From an uncultured Armatimonadetes bacterium (lineage in GTDB: Bacteria > Armatimonadota > UBA5829 > DTJY01), in assembly GCA_963717145.1 (NCBI GenBank), contig OY970325.1, positions 4,608,001 through 4,672,000 on the forward strand: 64,000 bases of DNA, read 5' to 3'. Below the pieces are notes generated by a model. That model saw nothing but the letters and a program-made list of their open reading frames with translations, was not told the origin of the DNA and ran no database searches. Below, one piece after another: positions 50,857-60,452 of this stretch (its first letter is position 1; every line of letters begins with the position of its first letter). A program made the position numbers and the translations under genes.

Positions 50857-50885
50857 TTGACACTCCGTTAACGGAGGTGTATAAT
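50857..50885 (+). promoter_or_regulatory. Consensus sigma70 promoter with a palindromic spacer
   Basis: TTGACA-CTCCGTTAACGGAG-GTG-TATAAT. Confidence 0.8.
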
Positions 50886-51005
50886 TCCAGTGGCCCTGCC
50901 GGCGGATACGCCGGTCCTTCCGTTTTCCATGCTTGCTTCACAGGGCCGGCGCCTTCGGAAAATGATCTCTTCTCCGGCGAGCAACTCGTCGGAGTGATAT
51001 ATTGA

Positions 51006-52979
51006 ATGTTCGACGAACTTGATAAGATACTTCCGCGCGTCACCAAGCCCGCGCGGTACACAGGTGGCGAATATAACGCTGTGGTGAAAGACCATGCCTC
51101 AGTGCAGGTCAAATTCGCCCTGGCGTTCCCCGATACCTACGAGATCGGCATGTCGAATCTCGGAGTCCGCATCCTCTACCACACGCTCAACAAGCGAGAC
51201 GACACCGCCGCCGAGCGAGTCTTCGCCCCATGGACTGACATGGAGGACGAGATGCGGCGGAACGAGATCCCGCTTTTCAGCATCGAAACCCGCACGCCGC
51301 TCCGCGAGTTCGACATCATCGGCTTCTCCCTCGGCTATGAGATGGCGTACACCACGATGGTGAATATGCTCGATCTCGCCGGGTTGCCGGTCCGCTCATC
51401 CGAGCGCGATGACCAGTTGCCGCTCGTGATCGCCGGTGGATGCTGCACCGTCAACCCCGAGCCGATCGCGGAGTTCATCGACGCGTTCGTCATTGGCGAG
51501 GGCGAGGAGATCGTCCACGAGATCATCGACCTCGTGAAGGAGCACAAGTCCGAGGGCAAGGCGTCCCTGCTGCGGCGACTGTCACAGGTCCAAGGCGTAT
51601 ACGTTCCCAGCTTCTACGATGTCTCCTACAACGACGACGGCACGATCCGCGAAGTCACCCCGCGCGACGCCGATGTCCCGAAGGTCGTCACGCGTCGCCT
51701 CATCTGGGACTTCGAACACGCGGATTTCCCGGACAGGCCCGTGATGCCGTTCATCGAGACGGTGCATGACCGCATCGCCCTGGAGATCATGCGCGGGTGC
51801 TCTCGTGGATGTCGGTTCTGTCAGGCAGGCACAGTCTACCGCCCGGTCCGCGAGCGCTCGAAACAGAAGCTGATGGAAACCGCGGAGGCGCTCGTCGAGA
51901 ACACAGGCTACGACGAGATTGCGCTCATGTCCCTCTCCGCCACCGATCACAGCGAGATCAGCGGTCTTGTGGCCGACATCATCAAGACATACGAGCCCCA
52001 AAGGATCGGGGTGTCGCTCCCGTCGATCCGAGTCGATGCGCCGTGCGTCGACCTCGCCGCCGAGATACAGAAGGTGCGGAAGAGCGGGCTGACACTCGCG
52101 CCGGAAGCCGGCACTCAGCGGATGCGCGATGTGATCAACAAGAACGTGACCGAGGAGGATCTCTTCAGCGCGGTCAGTGAGGCGTTCAAGTGCGGTTGGC
52201 AGACCGTCAAGCTCTACTTCATGATCGGCCTCCCGACCGAGACCGAGGAGGACCTGCGCGGGATCGCCCGGCTCGCGATGAAGGTCACTCAGATCGGGCG
52301 TCAAGTCATGGGCCGGAAGCCGACTGTGAACGTCAGCGTCGCCTCGTTCGTCCCGAAGCCGCATACGCCGTTTCAGTGGCGTGCACAGGATACTGTCGAG
52401 GAACTCGAGAGAAAGCAGACGCTCGTCCGATACGCGATCACCGATCGTGCCGTCAAGGTTAGCTGGCACGATTCGAAGACCAGCATGCTCGAGGGAGTCC
52501 TCGCTCGAGGTGACCGCAGGGTGGGGGATGTCATCTATCGCGCCTGGCAGAACGGCAGCCGGTTCGATGCATGGCACGAGCATTTCAACTACCAGGCGTG
52601 GCTCGACGCCTTCCGGGAGGCCGGAATCGATCCGTCCTTCTATGCGAGCCGCACGAGAAGCTACGATGAGGTCCTCCCGTGGGATCATATCGACTGCGGC
52701 GTGACAAAGGCGTTCCTCCGGGCCGAGAATGAGCGCGCCGAGAAGGGCGATACAACCGCCGACTGCCGGCTGGATAGATGTTCCGGCTGTGGACTGACAA
52801 GGCTTCTGCCGCCGTCACCGGAGTACAACTCCGGTGACAACATGTCAGGATGCGGTGACAACACCTTAGGTACCGGTGACAACATTCTCAAAGACCGTTG
52901 TCACCGGAGTTGTACTCCGGTGACCAAGACTCCTCGTTGTCACCGGAGTTGTACTCCGGTGACGGTCACGGGGGAATGA
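51006..52979 (+). CDS. TIGR03960-type B12-binding radical SAM protein
   Basis: KPARYTGGE, FPDTYEIGMSNLG, RGCSRGCRFCQAG, APEAG, KLYFMIGLPTE, FVPKPHTPFQW. Confidence 0.92.
   Translation: MFDELDKILPRVTKPARYTGGEYNAVVKDHASVQVKFALAFPDTYEIGMSNLGVRILYHTLNKRDDTAAERVFAPWTDMEDEMRRNEIPLFSIETRTPLREFDIIGFSLGYEMAYTTMVNMLDLAGLPVRSSERDDQLPLVIAGGCCTVNPEPIAEFIDAFVIGEGEEIVHEIIDLVKEHKSEGKASLLRRLSQVQGVYVPSFYDVSYNDDGTIREVTPRDADVPKVVTRRLIWDFEHADFPDRPVMPFIETVHDRIALEIMRGCSRGCRFCQAGTVYRPVRERSKQKLMETAEALVENTGYDEIALMSLSATDHSEISGLVADIIKTYEPQRIGVSLPSIRVDAPCVDLAAEIQKVRKSGLTLAPEAGTQRMRDVINKNVTEEDLFSAVSEAFKCGWQTVKLYFMIGLPTETEEDLRGIARLAMKVTQIGRQVMGRKPTVNVSVASFVPKPHTPFQWRAQDTVEELERKQTLVRYAITDRAVKVSWHDSKTSMLEGVLARGDRRVGDVIYRAWQNGSRFDAWHEHFNYQAWLDAFREAGIDPSFYASRTRSYDEVLPWDHIDCGVTKAFLRAENERAEKGDTTADCRLDRCSGCGLTRLLPPSPEYNSGDNMSGCGDNTLGTGDNILKDRCHRSCTPVTKTPRCHRSCTPVTVTGE
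52814..52963. repeat. Cluster of GTCACCGGAG-N5-CTCCGGTGAC hairpins forming the radical SAM C-terminal tail
   Basis: Copies at 52814, 52900, 52939; CGGTGACAACA at 21-bp spacing (52832, 52853, 52874). Confidence 0.85.
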
Positions 52980-53686
52980 TGTTCCGTGTCCTGCTGCGGC
53001 TTAAGAAAGGTGAGCAGATCAAGTACATCGCTCATCTTGATCTCATGCGCGCGTTCGAGCATGCTCTTCGGCGGGCGCGCATACCGGTGCTCTACTCGTC
53101 GGGGTTCAACCCGAGGCCGAAGATGCACTTCGGCGGGGCGATCGGCGTCGGGGTTACCAGCGATGACGAGCGGATCGTGCTCGATTTGGAGTGCGATGGC
53201 TCGACATCGCTTTCGGCGAACGGCGTCGAGCCGCCCGAGACCAAAGCGATGTCAAGCCATCGCACTCCAAAGGAGATCATGGCCCGGCTGAACCGTGTGA
53301 TGCCCGTGGGGATGGAGATCCTCGAGGCGGCGGACGTGCCGGAGGGGACGAAACCACTCGGCGCTCTCAATGCGGCGGAGTACCGGATCGGACTGCGCTG
53401 TCCGGCGGATCCGCAGACGGTCCGGTCCGCAGTGGACGAACTGATGGCTGCGGATGAGATCAAAGTCGTCCGGAAGCGCGACGAGTCGAAAGAGATAGAT
53501 ATCCGCCGCCATATCCTGGGGATCGAAGTCGACGAATGCGCAATGGGTAAGCTGGTGCTGACTGCCCGACTCATGGCAGGCAGTTCCGGTGGCGCGAGGC
53601 CTCAGGACCTCGTCCAGGCGCTCGCAGACCGCCTTCCCGGTTTGGAAGTGGACACTGTTCACAAGGTCAGACAGTACGCAGTCTGA
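52976..53686 (+). CDS. TIGR03936-type radical SAM-associated protein (DUF2344)
   Basis: KYIAHLDLMR..ALRRA..SSGFNPRPK; ATG overlaps the upstream TGA. Confidence 0.9.
   Translation: MMFRVLLRLKKGEQIKYIAHLDLMRAFEHALRRARIPVLYSSGFNPRPKMHFGGAIGVGVTSDDERIVLDLECDGSTSLSANGVEPPETKAMSSHRTPKEIMARLNRVMPVGMEILEAADVPEGTKPLGALNAAEYRIGLRCPADPQTVRSAVDELMAADEIKVVRKRDESKEIDIRRHILGIEVDECAMGKLVLTARLMAGSSGGARPQDLVQALADRLPGLEVDTVHKVRQYAV
53185..53271. repeat. 87-bp in-frame palindromic insertion in the TIGR03936 gene
   Basis: Same family as 11822-11944; encodes LECDGSTSLSANGVEPPETKAMSSHRTPK. Confidence 0.9.
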
Positions 53687-53749
53687 CCAGGAGTGCGGGA
53701 TTCCGCATTCCGCATTCGCAATACCGCATTCGAGAAAGGAGGTGAAACA

Positions 53750-55555
53750 ATGTCAAAAGAAATCGTAGTAAACGTCGGTACCCGCGAAACGAGAATGGCG
53801 CTCATCGACGCCGGGAAGCTCGTCGAGCTTCACGTCGAGCGCGAGGAGCGGGTCGCCGGCAGTGTATACAAGTGCAGAGTCGCGAACGTGCTTCCCGGAA
53901 TGGATGCCGCGTTCGTCGATATCGGGCTGGAGCGCAATGCCTTCCTGTATGCGGGCGACGTCCTTCCCGAAGCCGGCGAGGAGTTCCCCGCCACGAAGAA
54001 GGAACCTCAGAGGTCCGTGAACATCAAGGACCTGCTCAAGGTCGGTCAGGAGTTGGTCGTCCAGGTAGTCAAAGGCCCGCGCGGAACCAAAGGCGCGCGC
54101 GTATCAACGAGGATATCGCTCCCCGGCAGGTACCTGGTCCTCATGCCCGATGCCGACAACATCGGAATCTCGCGCAAGATAGATGACCCCGCGGAGCGCG
54201 ACCGCCTGAAGAAGATCGCCGACAAGATCAAGCCGCCGAACTGCGGCATGATTGTTCGGACCGAGGCTGAGGGCAGGGGCGACCGCGAACTCCGCGCGGA
54301 TGTGGAGTTCCTCACGCGCATGATGTCGCAGATCCAGGAGAAGGCCAAGGTTACCTCGGCCCCTGGAGTCGTCCATCAGGACCTCAGCCTGGTATTCAAG
54401 ACCATACGCGACGTGTTCGGCGCGAACATCCAGCGGATGTTCATAGACTCGCCGACCGAGTATGACAAGGCCATGGATGTGGTCCATCTCATGTCGCCGA
54501 AGCTCAAATCGCGACTGCTGCTGTATGATGATTCCGAACCGATCTTCGAGCACTTCAGCATCGAGACAGAGATCGACCGGTTGCTCAAACGCAAAGTTTG
54601 GCTCAAGTCCGGTGGCCACCTCACCATTGATGAGACCGAAGCACTGACCACCATTGACGTAAACACCGGTAAGTTCATCGGCAGCACGAGTCTGTCCGAT
54701 ACGATCCTGAAGACGAACCTCGATGCCGCCGGGGAGATCGCACGGCAGCTAAGGCTGCGCGATATCGGCGGGATCATCATCATCGACTTCATCGATATGT
54801 CGAGCGCGAGAGACCGCTCGCACGTCGTGAACGCGCTCGATCGCGCCCTCAAGAAGGACCGCACGCGGACCAAGATCTCGAATATCAGCCCGCTCGGACT
54901 GATCGAGATGACCCGCAAACGGACCGGAGAGACCATCTCCGAGTTGATCAGCGAGGCGTGTCCGTACTGCCAGGGACGAGGAAGCATCCTGTCCCCGGAG
55001 TCGGTGAGCATCAATGTCGAGCGCGAGCTGATGCAGAAGTCCGCTGAGGTCGACGATGAGGCGTTCCTCATCACAGTCAACCCCGAGGTCGCGGAGTTCC
55101 TGATCGGCCCTCGCGGAGAGACGGTCAAGCTGATCGAGGAGCAGATCAGGCGCGCCGTCTACGTGCGGAGCAGCCACGATCAGCACATCGAGAAGTACGA
55201 GATACAGCCCGGCGACCTTCAGGAGATCGAGAAGCAGATGCTTCCGTTCCAGAGGTCGCAGATCGTGGAGTGCGAGGTCGTGCGCAACCCGTTCGTCAGC
55301 CTGCCGAGGGCGGCGGCGTGGGCGGACGGCTACATGGTGGACCTCGCAAACGGCGGGAAGTTCATCGGCCAGAAGGTCAAGGCCCGGCTGATAAGCGTCT
55401 CCCGCTCATACGCGGAGGGCGACGTCCTCAACCCGGTCAAAGCGCCCGGCGAGCGACCGCCCGCCCCGCGCGAGAAAGCCGAGCCGCGTCCGAGAGGCGA
55501 TCGCCGCCCGAGAGGCGACGACCGCCCGAGACGCGACGAACGCTCCGCCGGCTGA
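53750..55555 (+). CDS. Rne/Rng family ribonuclease with a C-terminal TRAM-like domain
   Basis: VLPGMDAAFVDIG, KGARVS, LPGRYLV, IDVNTG, LRLRDIGGIIIIDFIDM, CPYCQGRG; AAGGAGG RBS. Confidence 0.95.
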   Translation: MSKEIVVNVGTRETRMALIDAGKLVELHVEREERVAGSVYKCRVANVLPGMDAAFVDIGLERNAFLYAGDVLPEAGEEFPATKKEPQRSVNIKDLLKVGQELVVQVVKGPRGTKGARVSTRISLPGRYLVLMPDADNIGISRKIDDPAERDRLKKIADKIKPPNCGMIVRTEAEGRGDRELRADVEFLTRMMSQIQEKAKVTSAPGVVHQDLSLVFKTIRDVFGANIQRMFIDSPTEYDKAMDVVHLMSPKLKSRLLLYDDSEPIFEHFSIETEIDRLLKRKVWLKSGGHLTIDETEALTTIDVNTGKFIGSTSLSDTILKTNLDAAGEIARQLRLRDIGGIIIIDFIDMSSARDRSHVVNALDRALKKDRTRTKISNISPLGLIEMTRKRTGETISELISEACPYCQGRGSILSPESVSINVERELMQKSAEVDDEAFLITVNPEVAEFLIGPRGETVKLIEEQIRRAVYVRSSHDQHIEKYEIQPGDLQEIEKQMLPFQRSQIVECEVVRNPFVSLPRAAAWADGYMVDLANGGKFIGQKVKARLISVSRSYAEGDVLNPVKAPGERPPAPREKAEPRPRGDRRPRGDDRPRRDERSAG

Positions 55556-55557
55556 TA

Positions 55558-55635
55558 GATGTCCCCCTTACGAAGGGGGACCGGCCTCCGGGCACTCACG
55601 ATGTCCCCCTTACGAAGGGGGACCGGCCTCCGGGC
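55558..55635. repeat. Tandem 36-bp direct repeat containing the hairpin TCCCCCTTACGAAGGGGGA
   Basis: 55558-55593 is identical to 55600-55635. Confidence 0.88.
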
Positions 55636-55785
55636 CGAGGGGGTTTCGTCCCCGACGTGTCCGACCAGAACCAACAAGGCCCGTGGATCACCCGATCCGC
55701 GGGCCTTCTCAACTCGGCTGGTTGGTGCGGACCTGAACTCAGAATCCGGCATCAACCATCAACCATCCCCCATCAACCATTCCCC

Positions 55786-56460
55786 CTACGCCGCAATCGT
55801 CGCGCTCTGGAGATCGGACCAGCCGCCCTTCTTGCCGTCCTTGTAGACCCAGCGCATCTTATAGTGCGCCTGCTTGTTTCCATCGCCGGGCGGGAACGGC
55901 ACAGCAAGCGTATTCCGGGTCGACATATTGACATACCGCATATCGGCCTCGGGGTCCGCCGGTGGGTCCCCGACCTTCACCCAGACCTCGACCGCCCTGA
56001 CGCCTTCGGGCTTGCCCTTTGTGATGTCGTTCGCGTTCTGGTTCCGGATGCGGAGAGTATGCCTCAGGAGGGCGCTGATGTTGATACCTGCGACCGGCTT
56101 ATCCCGTGACCCCTCCGGACCCGGCGGGGGTGAAGACATGCCGCGTTTCGGCAGCCCGAGCGAGGCGCGCTGCTGGTTTGTCATATTCGGATGCCCCTGG
56201 ATGCGCGCCGCCATCGACCTGATCTGCTTCGCGAGGGTAGCCCTCTTGGCCTTCTTAGCCGAACACAAGCCTCTGGCAGTGGTCCGCGCCCTATCATGAT
56301 CGGCCCTGGCCTGAGCGAACTCCGGCGTTGTGGCGACCAGTTCGGCCAGGTCCGCCTCCGTCAGTCCGAACTGCTCCGGATTGGCGGTGAGGTAAGCTAC
56401 ATAGCGGTTCGCCCACTCCTGTAGTTTCAGATCGCTCTCCGGCAAATAGTCTCTTCCCAC
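55786..56460 (-). CDS. Hypothetical protein, array-associated, copy 2 (homolog of 22356..23015)
   Basis: GGAGG RBS + GTG; shared RDY, FGL..DL, HP.MT, LGLP, GKP motifs. Confidence 0.85.
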   Translation of the reverse strand: MGRDYLPESDLKLQEWANRYVAYLTANPEQFGLTEADLAELVATTPEFAQARADHDRARTTARGLCSAKKAKRATLAKQIRSMAARIQGHPNMTNQQRASLGLPKRGMSSPPPGPEGSRDKPVAGINISALLRHTLRIRNQNANDITKGKPEGVRAVEVWVKVGDPPADPEADMRYVNMSTRNTLAVPFPPGDGNKQAHYKMRWVYKDGKKGGWSDLQSATIAA

Positions 56461-56572
56461 GATGATGATACCTCCAGGCTGGCGTGACCGACGGGAGTCG
56501 GTCCATGATCTCGCGGCCGGCCTCTGATGCCGGCCACCCGGTATAATCATCGGGTATCGATGGCAGTATCTT

Positions 56573-56770
56573 TAGGGGAGAACTCCCGGCTCTACCTCCG
56601 GGAGTTCTTGTCACCATACCCGAGTACTCTCGGCAGCATGCCCAAGAGTTCTTGCCACTAGCCCCAAGAGCTGACGGCAACACACCCGAGAACTCCGGGC
56701 ACTGCACCCAGGAGTTCTCGGCACTACACCCGGAAGCTCACGCCACTATACCCGAGAGCCCTCGGCAAAG
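56573..56770. repeat. Phased array, 9 units, exact 22-bp period, palindromic core ~CCGAGAGCTCTCGG
   Basis: Units start at 56573, 56595, 56617, 56639, 56661, 56683, 56705, 56727, 56749. Confidence 0.85.
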
Positions 56771-56860
56771 CGGCGTAGAACCCAGGAATGACACGCTAGG
56801 GAGCCGACATCGTCATGCTGAACTCGATTCAGCACCCACGGTGGAGGCTCCCTGTGTGGA

Positions 56861-57970
56861 CTACTTCGACTTGGCCGGGGGCGGTGGCGCTTTCTTCGGG
56901 GCGGGCGCGCTCTTCAGGACATCGAGGAGGCCGGAGGGGACCATGAGGCGTCCGTTCACGACCTTCATCTTCTGAGCGAGCTTGATCGTCCCGCCGGTCC
57001 ACTCGATGGTGTCTTTCCCCGGCACGAGCGTGTACCGGTTCTTGCCGACGAAGAGCTTCGCCTCTTTCCCGAGCCATTCCACCTTCGCGCCGGGGATCTT
57101 GGCCGCGAGATCGCGGGTCGAGATAGGCTTGCCTGCCACCACGGATGGCTTAGTGGGCGAGGGAACCTGTGAGCCACCCATCGGTTCGTCGGCATAAAGG
57201 ATCTCACCCGTGATCGCATCTACCCCCGCGGCATAGGTCAGGTGCTCCCCCTGGGCATTGTCGCCAAGCACATCGAAGGCCCACATGGTGTTATCCGGGT
57301 CTTGAGAGAGCTCCGGATCGTAGTTTGCGCCTCCCGTTACCAGCCCTTTCGCGGTTTTCACTATCTCTATCGCCTGCTCTGCGGTGATCTGCGGCGCTTG
57401 AGGAGGCGGCATCGGAACTGCAAGACGGGAGCAGCCGTAATACTGAATACGACCGTCTGCGGGGCTCACCCTCACGCTGATGCTATTGGGAATCCACGCT
57501 CCGTAAGTATTCTTCCGTCGCCAGGAAAACCACCATCCATCGCCTTTCCACTTCGGTTCCTTCAATTGGAACCCCATGGTATCAAACTCGGCGTACTTTG
57601 CTCGGGCAAAGTTTTCCGCGATCTGCCGGCACTGCTCCTGCGTGAGTGGACCCGTAGGTTCCTCCGTTCGCACCTCCGAACGGGCTTCGTAGTAACTGGC
57701 CCTCGTCACCTCACCTGTGACGGCGTCGACGGTCCACCTATGGTCCTCATTCTGGGAGTCATAGATACGATAGGTTCTCTCATGCTCCCATTCGACACCT
57801 TCCAGGTCCTCCTCGATGGGATGGCAGGTAAGCTGGAGCGTGCTATTCCCCTCGAACGCTCGGACCGCATCCATAGCCTGCCCCCGACTGATCACCGACT
57901 GGCCCCTGCATCCGGCGGCCATGGTTACCAGCGCATAGCATATCAAAGCAAGCATTCGCAAACGTTTCAT
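56861..57970 (-). CDS. Secreted/lipoprotein with PepSY-like repeats and a conserved C-terminal module
   Basis: Signal with AAGC; ISRGQA, VDAVTGEV, ITAEQAIEI, VDAITGEI; C-term NGRLMVP. Confidence 0.7.
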   Translation of the reverse strand: MKRLRMLALICYALVTMAAGCRGQSVISRGQAMDAVRAFEGNSTLQLTCHPIEEDLEGVEWEHERTYRIYDSQNEDHRWTVDAVTGEVTRASYYEARSEVRTEEPTGPLTQEQCRQIAENFARAKYAEFDTMGFQLKEPKWKGDGWWFSWRRKNTYGAWIPNSISVRVSPADGRIQYYGCSRLAVPMPPPQAPQITAEQAIEIVKTAKGLVTGGANYDPELSQDPDNTMWAFDVLGDNAQGEHLTYAAGVDAITGEILYADEPMGGSQVPSPTKPSVVAGKPISTRDLAAKIPGAKVEWLGKEAKLFVGKNRYTLVPGKDTIEWTGGTIKLAQKMKVVNGRLMVPSGLLDVLKSAPAPKKAPPPPAKSK

Positions 57971-58104
57971 ATCGACAATCCATCCTTTCTACTCAGGGGC
58001 GGGAAACGGGGACAGGCACAGTATTTACAGTACGATCAAGACGCTGACTCGGCATCGTCACATCTACCTCGCGAGTGATCCGTTCCCCCATGTTTCCGCA
58101 AGGA

Positions 58105-58124
58105 GGGAGCCGCTTGCGGCTCCC
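58105..58124. terminator. Intergenic stem-loop
   Basis: GGGAGCCGC-TT-GCGGCTCCC. Confidence 0.5.
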
Positions 58125-58138
58125 TCCGGTAATACGAC

Positions 58139-59236
58139 CTACTTCGACTTAGCTGGGGTCGATGGAGCTTTCTTCGAGGCGGGCGGGCTCTTCAGGACAT
58201 CGAGGAGGCCGGAGGGGACCATGAGGCGTCCGTTCACGAGCTTCATCTTCTGGGAGAGCTTGATCGTGCCGCCGGTCCACTCGATGGTGTCCTTCCCCGG
58301 CACGAGCGTGTACCGGTTCCTGCCGACGAAGAGCTTTGCTTCCTTCCCCAGCCAGTGGACCCGCGCGCCCGGTACCTTGGCCGCGAGGTCGCGGATGGAG
58401 ATGGGATTGCCGGTACGCCCATCTCTTGGCGGGCTGGACGGGAGACGTGCCCTTGATACGGAGAGGACTTCCCCCGTTTCCGCGTCAATGGCTACTGAAT
58501 TGCTGACATACCGGTCTTCCGCATCCAGCCCGCCGATCTCAGTGTTCCACGACACGTTCCCGTCCGGGTCCGCGACCAGGAGCGGCCCTTGCACGTCCAC
58601 AACTTCCACGATCCCCGCGGCTTGGGCAGCAAGGTCGAGCGCCTCAGCGGAGGTCACCTGGGGTGGAGGGGGATTCGGTGTTGGAACGCGAATGGAAGTA
58701 TACTCCAGTATGTAACCGGTTTCAGGTGCAACCACTACAGCAACCATATTGATGGTCAACGCGTCGTATGTGACCCTCTGCTGCCAACCGTAGAGCCAGC
58801 CGGTGCCTATCCATCTCTCCATCGTCAAGACGAATCCCATGGTATCGAATCCATTGTACTTCGACTGAGCGAAGTCCTCCGCAGTTGGCCGATATGCTTC
58901 CTTGGTAAATGGCTCGCCGGGCTCGCCATATGGCACTGACTCACCTAGATCGGCATATGAGGCGTGATTCACCTCTGCACTATGTCCATCCACCGTCCAC
59001 AGGCGACGGGACGCCGGATAGTCCGCAGTCCTCAATGTGTACCAAGAGCGGTGACTCCATGCCGGTCCGCTGTCATCCTCTTGCAGTTCTACGCACGTAA
59101 GCGCCAGAGAAGGTTCGTTCTCGAAGTCACGGACAGCCTGCTTAGCAGCCTCTTCCGTAATCAGCCCCTGTGCGAGGACAAGTGCACACTGGAGCACGAG
59201 CCAAGCGGCAATGGCAACGCGAATGATGAGTTTCAT
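58139..59236 (-). CDS. Secreted PepSY-like repeat protein, paralog of 56861..57970
   Basis: ITEEAAKQAV, VTSAEALDLA, IDAETGEV; last ~85 aa nearly identical to the paralog. Confidence 0.7.
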   Translation of the reverse strand: MKLIIRVAIAAWLVLQCALVLAQGLITEEAAKQAVRDFENEPSLALTCVELQEDDSGPAWSHRSWYTLRTADYPASRRLWTVDGHSAEVNHASYADLGESVPYGEPGEPFTKEAYRPTAEDFAQSKYNGFDTMGFVLTMERWIGTGWLYGWQQRVTYDALTINMVAVVVAPETGYILEYTSIRVPTPNPPPPQVTSAEALDLAAQAAGIVEVVDVQGPLLVADPDGNVSWNTEIGGLDAEDRYVSNSVAIDAETGEVLSVSRARLPSSPPRDGRTGNPISIRDLAAKVPGARVHWLGKEAKLFVGRNRYTLVPGKDTIEWTGGTIKLSQKMKLVNGRLMVPSGLLDVLKSPPASKKAPSTPAKSK

Positions 59237-59279
59237 TGCAGTATCTCCTAGTGTTGATTTCTGTGCTTTCCGATGCAGC

Positions 59280-60398
59280 CTACTTCGGTGGTGCCGGCGC
59301 TGACGGCGCCTTCCATAGCCGGGATACTAAGCTCTCTGCTGTATCGAGCAGAGATCGCCGTTCCGGTGGGTAGGAGACTCGCCACACGTACACCATGCCG
59401 TTGCTGAATCCGGCGGCGAGCATCTTCCCGTCCGGTGAGAATGCAACGGACACCGATGCGCCGGTTTCAAGCGCCAGTTCACTCACGTTGCCTGACTCGA
59501 GGCTCCAGACCGAAACCGATGACTCGTAGCCTTCAATGTTTGGTATATCCCTTGTCACGCCGTAAGCCAGCAGCATACCCTTCGGCGACGGATCCACTGA
59601 TATCAAGCGGACAAGGGATGATACCCACAGTGTATGATCCCTATTGCTTGCACTGGTACTGCGTACCTCGAGTCTGCGGTTGGAGTGACCGAATGTCCAG
59701 ACCACCAGGGACTTACCATCAGGTCCCCACCCCAGTAACTGTCCCCTGCGATGATCGGAATCAGGGACGATGGTCCGCATCAAGCGCCAGTACCGAGTAT
59801 CCCAGAGGCGGATGGCACGATTGTAATCCTGTGTTGCCAGCGTCGCGCCATCCGCAGAGAAGGTCGCCATATACACCGGATATCCCCGGCGCGGTTGATC
59901 ATGCTTGAGAATCTTGACGGTTCTGCTCCGCCTTACGTCCCATATCAGTGCGTCTCCATCATAGCAGGCGACAGCAAGATACCGACCATCTGGGGAGAAG
60001 TCCAGAGACATCGCGCTGGCCGTAGTGGGAACAGACGTGCGAACTCCACTCCGAACACCCCGCAATTCCAGCTGATGGCCTTCACAGGCTAGGTAGTCTG
60101 CGCCAGGAGAAAACTCGGCGCGGAACAGCTTCGCAGGCGGACCCTGGGCAACCTCCTGTATCTCGCCACAGTCGGGACGAAGTAGTCGCACCCGGGCGAC
60201 TTTATCTGCCACAGCCAAAGTACGTCCATCCTTCGAGAACCCGAGACACAAGATGTCTGTCTGGACAAAGCCTTTCCAGACCAGATCGGCATATGTCACG
60301 GGGACTTGGGTGATCTTCCTGTAGAGATCAACACCAGTGACACCGCCCATCACGAGAAGCACGACGACAACCAGATAGAGACGAATTCTGCGCCTCAT
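59280..60398 (-). CDS. WD40 repeat protein with an N-terminal membrane anchor
   Basis: Repeated FSPDG..LA....D..I.IWD. Confidence 0.88.
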   Translation of the reverse strand: MRRRIRLYLVVVVLLVMGGVTGVDLYRKITQVPVTYADLVWKGFVQTDILCLGFSKDGRTLAVADKVARVRLLRPDCGEIQEVAQGPPAKLFRAEFSPGADYLACEGHQLELRGVRSGVRTSVPTTASAMSLDFSPDGRYLAVACYDGDALIWDVRRSRTVKILKHDQPRRGYPVYMATFSADGATLATQDYNRAIRLWDTRYWRLMRTIVPDSDHRRGQLLGWGPDGKSLVVWTFGHSNRRLEVRSTSASNRDHTLWVSSLVRLISVDPSPKGMLLAYGVTRDIPNIEGYESSVSVWSLESGNVSELALETGASVSVAFSPDGKMLAAGFSNGMVYVWRVSYPPERRSLLDTAESLVSRLWKAPSAPAPPK

Positions 60399-60452
60399 GC
60401 TTGTTTCCTTTCCGGATTAGTCGCCCGGTCATCTATCCCGACGCTGCTCTGC

